Below, in pieces: positions 56,577 to 64,000 of a stretch of 64,000 nucleotides of DNA (positions within the stretch are counted from its first letter, which is position 1; each line of letters starts with the position of its first letter). The DNA is from Octopus vulgaris (taxonomy: Eukaryota): NCBI GenBank assembly GCA_951406725.2, contig OX597826.1, positions 73,532,001 to 73,596,000 on the forward strand, in the 5' to 3' direction. A program made the position numbers and the translations under genes. A model generated the notes under the pieces. It saw only the letters and a program-made list of their open reading frames with translations. It was not told the origin of the DNA and did not search any database.

Positions 56577-56736
56577 CGCTAGAGATGGCAGTCAACAATC
56601 CTCAATATAATTTACAATATAATTGTCATAATCGCAATGTCATAACTGTAACATAAACACATCAATATAACAAGAATAGTCATGACCTCACTTATAATAA
56701 CAATACTGTCATAACCTCACTGCCGTAATATAAATA

Positions 56737-57168
56737 TTTCTCTTTTACTCTTTTACTTGTTTCAGTCATTTGACTGCGGCCATGCTGGAGCACCGCCTTT
56801 AGTCGAGCAAATCGACCCCGGGACTTATTCTTTGTAAGCCCAGTACTTATTCTATCGGTCTCTTTTGCCGAACAGCTAAGTGACGGGGACGTAAACACAC
56901 CAGCATCGGTTGTCAAGCAATGCTAGGGGGACAAACACAGACACACAAACATATATACACACACACACACATACATATATATATATATTTATGTACATAT
57001 ATACGATGGGCTTCTTTCAGTTTCCGTCTACCAAATCCACTCACAAGGCATTGGTCGGCCCGAGGCTATAGCAGAAGACACTTGCCCAAGGTGTCACGCA
57101 GTGGGACTGAACCCGGAACCATGTGATTGGTTAGCAAGCTACTTACCACACAGCCACTCCTGTGCCTA
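56737..57168 (-). mobile_element. SINE family A, full length, inside a degenerate CACTGTCATAA minisatellite (56625-57480)
   Basis: Close match to the reverse complement of 7205-7630. Confidence 0.93.
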
Positions 57169-57684
57169 TTATATCCTTGTTATAACAACCACACTATCGT
57201 AACATCAGTTATTACATTGTAAAAGCATCGCCGTCGTAAAGGCACAGACGTAACGACACTTTCATGAAAAAAACATTGCTGTATCGTTACTGTAATGATA
57301 ACATTGATGTAACATCACTCTCTTAACAACACTGTCATAAACTATTGTCATAATATCAGTCATAACACGCTGTCTACTGTCATAACTTCACTGTAATAAC
57401 ATTATCGCATTTTCTTATTCATAACAGCCCTGGCTCAACATGACTCATAACAGTGTCCTGGCCATATTGTCATCAACGTCTTTTACGTCCAAACGCCTCT
57501 TCTTCAATCAGAAGAGAAACCCCTTACAAAAGGATAATCACAAGCCTTAACATAATTATCCGATATTAACGATGACAAATTCCAGTATCTTGACAGGGCC
57601 ACTTGTCTCGCTCTTTCCTGTTGTGTCTCCCCCCCCCCCCCACACTGCCATCACAACAACAACAACGACAACGACAACAATAAC

Positions 57685-57751
<67 letters not shown>

Positions 57752-58121
57752 TCTGTCTCATCCTATTGACCTTGATAGCGTTCAAAGACGAGAGAAATTA
57801 TTTAGCAGAGAAAATTAGCAAAATTGTTGAATTCAGTCTAAAATTGACGGAGGACAAGTGGTGTATTTAAGGAAACTACAAACGGTGGACTTGTATCGGA
57901 ATAACACAATGTTAATTTGGAATGTCGTCTAAGTTCAAAGTTTAAACTCGCTATTTGGCTCAGGTCTAATTTTGAAAATAATTTTTTTCAGTCCCTCCAT
58001 GCCTTTAATTCATCTTCCTTCTGTCCTCCTCTCACTCTGACTCTCTCTCTCTCTATCTATTTATCTATCTATCTATCTATCTCTATCTATCTATCTGTCT
58101 GTCTGTCTATCCATCTATCTA

Positions 58122-58154
<33 letters not shown>

Positions 58155-58173
58155 GTATCTGTCTGTTTGTCTG

Positions 58174-58229
<56 letters not shown>

Positions 58230-58434
58230 CCTATCTGTCTGTCTATCTCTCTAGCTAGCTAGCGATATTTCTGTCTAACCATGTCTTTGTGTCTACCCTT
58301 CTTTTGCAATATCTTCGCTCTCTCTCTTTCTCTATCCTCCCCCCCACACACACACACTCGCACACACATTCGAAGAAAGAAACCTCGCTTCCTTAATTCT
58401 CCTCCTCTTCCACTCTTAAACACAAGTCAGTTAT

Positions 58435-58580
58435 ATAGACTGTTAACTATTAACAGATTGTTAATATATAGGTAGTTAACATCTGTATATACACATTATA
58501 TTGACTGTTAACATATGTATATACACAATATATTGGCTGTTAACATACGTATATACAGAATTTATAGACTGTTAACATTC
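58435..58580. repeat. ~32-bp minisatellite CTGTTAACATATGTATATACACAATATATTGA
   Basis: 3-4 degenerate units. Confidence 0.85.
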
Positions 58581-58987
58581 CTTTCCTTTGCAATATAACT
58601 AATGGCATCGATTCCTTTTCAACAACAACCCTTGGATTGACATTTCGTTCGTGACGCTTCCTTTCATCTCGTTTCTAGTTTGTCCGTTTGGAAAACTTAA
58701 GAAGCCGTAGGCTATCTTTATATCCTGATGGGAACTAATTGCTCACAAGCCACACACCCCCATCCATGTTTGCTCTCCGAAATAATTGAGACGTTCATTT
58801 CTTCCTCTCCTCCAAATTATAAACCCAGAAATAAAGTTATGACACGTTTTGGCGTCGCTGATTCGATGCTGACTTATTTGACATCAGACTTTTTAATATT
58901 TCTCTTTTCTCCCTTACTCCCCACCCTCTCTCTCTCTCTCACTCACACTCACCCTTGTTTATGTGGATGTGTGCATATTTCTCTTTA

Positions 58988-59310
58988 GTGAAGGCGCGTG
59001 GCTTAGTGATATGGGTATTCGGCTCACGATCCTAATGTCGCGAGTTCGATTCCTGGTAACGCGTTGTGTCCTTGAGTAGGACACTTTATTTCACGTTGCT
59101 CCAGTCTTCTCGGCTGGTAAAAATGAGTAGAACCTGTAATTAAAAAAGGGCCAACCTTGTCACACTGTGTCACGCTGAATCTCCCCATGAACTACATTAA
59201 GGGTACACGTGTCTGTGGAGTACTCACCCACTTGCATGTCAATTTCACGATCAAGCTGTTCCGTTGATCGGATCAGTTGGAACCCTCGTCGTCGTAATCG
59301 ACAGAGAGTC
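58988..59310 (+). mobile_element. SINE family D (CORE-like) with tail X
   Basis: TGTGTCCTTGAGTAGGACACTTTATTTCACGTTGCTCCAG..AAAATGAG block; same tail as 17535 and 38563. Confidence 0.88.
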
Positions 59311-59586
59311 AGTTTTTTTTTCTATGTGTATGAGGCTGCGAAAGTGTTTATGTCAATCATGCTCAATTAATGAATTGTAATCTCTATCTATCTACCTATC
59401 TATTTATCTGTCTGTCTATCTAGCTAGCTAGCTAGCTATCAATCAGTCTGTCTAACTCCTATCTGTATATTTCTGTGCATGTGTGTGTGTGGTCGCGTTC
59501 GTGTGTGTTTGTTTCCAGTGACAAAACGTACTGTCACCGTCAAGCTCGACGGAATTCAATCTCACAACGCGCGCGTACGTGTGTTT

Positions 59587-59624
<38 letters not shown>

Positions 59625-59626
59625 TT

Positions 59627-59733
<107 letters not shown>

Positions 59734-60047
59734 CACATTTATATTATATATATATATATGTACATATTTATACATAAATTATTAGAGAGTTATCCACTAT
59801 GTGGATAACTCTAGTGCTAAAAATAGCTCCGAAGCAACCACAGAAGATTAGTTTTCAACTAGAATCAACATACATTTAAGGATGGAACGAACAAGCAAGC
59901 AATTCTACCAACTCACCACCTAAAATTCATAAACTTATATTATATGTGGGTCGATTTGTTTGACTAAAGATGAAATGCCGCTAAACATTTTGGCCGAACG
60001 AACAAGCAAGCAATTCTACCAACTCACCACCTAAAATTCATAAACAA

Positions 60048-60667
60048 TAGTTTCAAATTTTTGCACTGGCCTGCAGTTTTTGAGTTTTTACATCGACCTC
60101 CATATTTCACTGGTACTAAGTTTATCGACCCCGAAAGTATGAAAGGTAAAGTCAAGCTCGAAGGGATTTGAACTCGGAACGTAAAAAGCTAGAAGTAAAT
60201 CTTTTATTTGTTTCAGTCATTAGATTACGGCGATGCTGGGGCACCGCCTTGAAGAATTCTCATCGAACGAATCGACTCCAGTGCTTATTTCTTTTTAACC
60301 TGGTACATATTTTATCGGCATGTTATGGTGACGTAAACAAACCAGCATCGGTTATCAAATTGGTGGTGAGGAACAAATGTAATCTTTTCTAATATAGACG
60401 CAAGGCCTGAAATTTTGTGAGGATAGACTAGTCGATTACATCGACCCCAGTGTGCAGCTGGTACTTATTTCATCGACCCCGAAAGAATGAAAGGCAAAGT
60501 CGACCTCGGAAGCATTTGAACTCAGGACGTAAAGAAACGTCGCTAAGCATCGTGGAGCCTTGGGTGTTTTCGCTCAATAAACACTCACAACGCCGGTCTG
60601 GGAATCGAAACCGCGATCCTACAACCGCGAGTCCGCTGCACTAACCACTGGGCCACTGCGCCTCCAC
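60048..60667 (-). mobile_element. Cluster of SINE fragments: B, A, B, C
   Basis: B core at about 60120 and 60470, A tail at 60200-60360, C head at 60551-60667. Confidence 0.8.
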
Positions 60668-61369
60668 ACTATTTAAATATTTGTATTAATTACCCCAAAA
60701 CTTGAAAGCTGAAAATATATTTGAAGTTAAGATTATTTGCAAAATTGCTTAGCAACATAAAGGTAATCCTGCCGGATTAAAATTTAATGTTAAACAGTAT
60801 ATTGTTTTTGCTTTTTAAATAAAATCTAATTATAATCAGCAATTAAGTAGAAATTAAATTACAATACATACAATCATTGTATTTATTAAAAACATTAAAA
60901 CTTATTGTTTCGAAAACAATATAATAAAGTTATTAAAATAGTAAACGATAATGATGATGATGATAATAATAATGATGATGATGATGAATCTAAATTATTT
61001 ATAAATTAGATACAAGGTCAGAAAATTGGGGACTAATCGATCATTGGACTGATACTTTATTTTATAGACCTCAGAGAAACGAAAGGCAAAAGTTAACCTT
61101 GGTTGGAATTGAACTTAGAATATAAATTAATATACACATCTGAATGTTTGTCCGCGCGCGCGCGTACGTGTATTTACATATATATATGTGTGTGTGTGTG
61201 TGTGTGTATCTATATTATATATATATAGATCCTATCCTGTTCATCTATCGCCCAAACTACTCCCCATACAAAATATCCATCTCCATATATTTAACTGTTT
61301 AACGATTTTAACGCGTATATTTGCTTAATTTGGAAAATTAGTAGAACTTACTTTCATCAGACCATATTA

Positions 61370-61625
61370 TTCTTTTCTACTCTAGACACAAGGCCCGAAA
61401 TTTCTTGGGGAGGGAGCTCGTCGATTAGATCGACTCCAGTACGCAACTGGTACTTAATTTATTGACCCCAAAAGGATGAAAGGCAAAGTCGACCTCGGCG
61501 GAATTCGAACTCAGAACGTAAAAACAGACGAAATACCGCTAAGCATTTCGCCCGGCGTCCTACTCATTCTATCGGTCGCTTTTGCCGAACCGCTAAGTTA
61601 CGGAGACATAACACACCAACATATC

Positions 61626-61689
<64 letters not shown>

Positions 61690-61845
61690 TGCAAAGGGTT
61701 TCTTTCAGTTTCCGTCTACCAAATCCACTCACATGGCTTTGGTCGGCCCAAGGCTATAATAGAAAACACTTGCCCAAGGTGCCACGTAGTGGAACTGAAC
61801 CTGGAACCATGTGGTTGGGAAGCAAGCTTCTTACCACACAGCCCT
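61370..61845 (-). mobile_element. SINE B joined to SINE A with internal (GATA)n
   Basis: B at 61370-61560, then A at 61561-61845. Confidence 0.85.
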
Positions 61846-62714
61846 CCTAAGCATATGAATGCAATTCCTATCCATTACTTCTTTCTGCTAACTTCCTTTA
61901 TCTGAGTCGCTCAGTTCTGTCGCTAGAGATATTTCTATTCATATAATCCGTTCCAAGGATATATATTTTTTTTTTTTTGGTTTGTTAAGATAATAATCTG
62001 TTGCAAAATTGGAATCGTATATATTATGGGAACGCTATGCATAGAATGATTTTCTTTTTTTTTTTTTTTTTCATTTATTTTCTTTCTATATTCAAAAACG
62101 TAAATCCATTTTGATATTTTCACATTTTTCACCGTCTTTTATTTCAAATATTTATTTTATTCCTATCCGTGTCAACAGTGGGCTCACCACTTTCTATTCA
62201 GTTAATAAATTAGCAAAGCCCTTTATTCAAGCTACCGCTAAACATTTCTTTCAATAGTTTCAAATATTTGTTTATATGTTGAAGTGTCAATGATGTAGGT
62301 GTTATGGAGGCATACGTCAATGCTCAAGGCGGGAAACCTTTGAACGTTGTTTATCACGAATCGTCTGCCGAAGTTTTGATAGAATAGATTGGTGCTGTTG
62401 ATGTTGTTTTTCTGTTTCTCTGTTGCCAAAACAAACGTTGCATTCCATGTTGTACATTTATAAAGAACCAAAACGGTTCTCTTTCGAGAAATTGGCCACC
62501 AACTAAGTCGTCTGCTCCCTCGGGTATCATGACAGTGTTCTTGCGCATGCATGTGTATAAATACATATGTATACATGTGTTTACACATACACACACATAA
62601 ACACGTACGTACGCACATACACACATACATTCATACAAACATAAACACACACATACATACATAGAATACATCGTAGTAAAGGCTTTTGATAGTTCTTCTC
62701 GCGGATTTCCCAAA

Positions 62715-62777
<63 letters not shown>

Positions 62778-63294
62778 TCTCGCCTTCTTTCTCTGTGTTT
62801 CTTTCTCACTCTCTTTCTCTCCTGTTCCTTTTCTATCTTTCAAATCATATTCTCACTCCGATACACACACGATCACTCGCTTATCCACGCACAGACACCT
62901 CCCACACACACAGACACACACACTCGAGATCTAATACCACCATGCCGAATCCTTGCATCGTTATGTTCCAATGATGTCATAAGCCGCATTCAAACTGAAT
63001 AGTGACACAAATTAAGGCCTCATTCTGCCGTTCTCCACCTCTCTCCCCACATAACCCCTATCATGTCAAATTCCTATTATTTAACTGCTACCGGTGTAAG
63101 CAGGGCTGAACACCCCAGTTAACCTTTGTACGGCTAGAGGTCAAGTGTCGGCATCAGTCCTAATAGATAGTCATGTGTCAGAGAAATATTCGGTCAGGCA
63201 TTGACTTTTAATAAGACCGGTCTATATCGTTGGTCTATTATAGATGATTATGGCGATGAATGGCAGCGGGTTAAGATAGATATATGTAGTTTAT

Positions 63295-63670
63295 CTTTTT
63301 TCATCTTTTATTTGTTTCGGTCGTGAGACTGCGGCCATGCTGGAGCAGTACTTTGCGAAATTTTAATCGAATGAAACGAACCCAGTACTTTTTTTTAAAT
63401 CCTAGTTTAAATCGTTTTCTTTTTGTCAAGCCGCTAAGTTACGGCGACCGGTGGTGAGAGACAACACAGACACAAACACACACACTTACACTTACACAAT
63501 ATACATACATATATAAGACGGGCTTCTTTCAGTTTCCGTCTATCAAATCCACTTGCAAGGCTTTGGTGAACCCGAAGCTATAGTAGAAGACACTTCACGC
63601 AGTGGGACTGAACCCGGTGCCATGTGGTTGCGAAGCAAGTCTCTTACCACACAGCCACACCCGCGCCTAT
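63295..63670 (-). mobile_element. SINE family A, near full length
   Basis: Tail to head on the minus strand. Confidence 0.85.
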
Positions 63671-63726
63671 AATTATTAGATATATATACTATATCTAATA
63701 CCTAAAATTCAGCCGGTTCCCACATA

Positions 63727-64000
63727 TACGTAGGAGTGGCTGTGTGGTAAGAAGCTTGCTTACGAACCACATGGTTCCAGGTTCAGTCTCACTGCGTAGC
63801 ACCTTGGGCAAGTGTCTTCTACTATAGCCTCGGGCCGACCAAAGCCTTGTGAGTGGATTTGGTAAACGGAAACTGAAAGAAGCCCGTCGTATATATGTAT
63901 GTATGTGTGTGTGTTTGTGTTTGTCCCCCAGCATCGCTTGACAACCGATGCTGGTGTTTACGTCCCCGTAACTTAGCGGTTCAGCAAAAGAGACCGATAG
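63727..64000 (+). mobile_element. SINE family A, runs off the window
   Basis: GGAGTGGCTGTGTGGTAAGAAGCTTGCTT head. Confidence 0.9.

Larger units (their letters stand above)
55991..56625 (-). mobile_element. Tandem repeat (~368-nt period) with one type I HHR per unit: non-LTR retrozyme or PLE derivative
   Basis: 56006-56230 repeats at 56375-56600; predicted cleavage sites at 56161 and 56529. Confidence 0.7.

Noticed and set aside
59786-59812. Palindrome AGAGTTATCCAC-TAT-GTGGATAACTCT with DnaA-box-like TTATCCAC
   Set aside because: Only 12-bp arms, eukaryotic DNA, no supporting context

Overview
Eukaryotic, AT-rich, very repeat-dense DNA, most likely from an Octopus species (inferred from the tRNA-derived SINE families and microsatellite load). 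It looks like long introns around one convincing internal coding exon (+, 34625-35010, gene not recognised). Almost all listed ORFs are microsatellite artefacts. The rest is four SINE families (my labels A-D) with swapped head/tail modules, a full-length decayed DD34D mariner, a pogo/Tigger remnant, hAT and Tc2-like MITEs, a non-autonomous Helitron, and RTE, CR1/L2-like and Penelope-like (PLE) fragments. The most interesting signal is a set of unrelated hammerhead-ribozyme (HHR) motifs: a ~368-nt tandem repeat with one type I HHR per unit plus an inverted partial copy (retrozyme/PLE-like, 55409-56625), a ~600-bp fold-back with an HHR on each strand and a greatly enlarged stem II (29739-30335), and several minimal HHR-like motifs inside (TA)n tracts. 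All were read by eye, most copies have core or stem lesions, and activity is untested.
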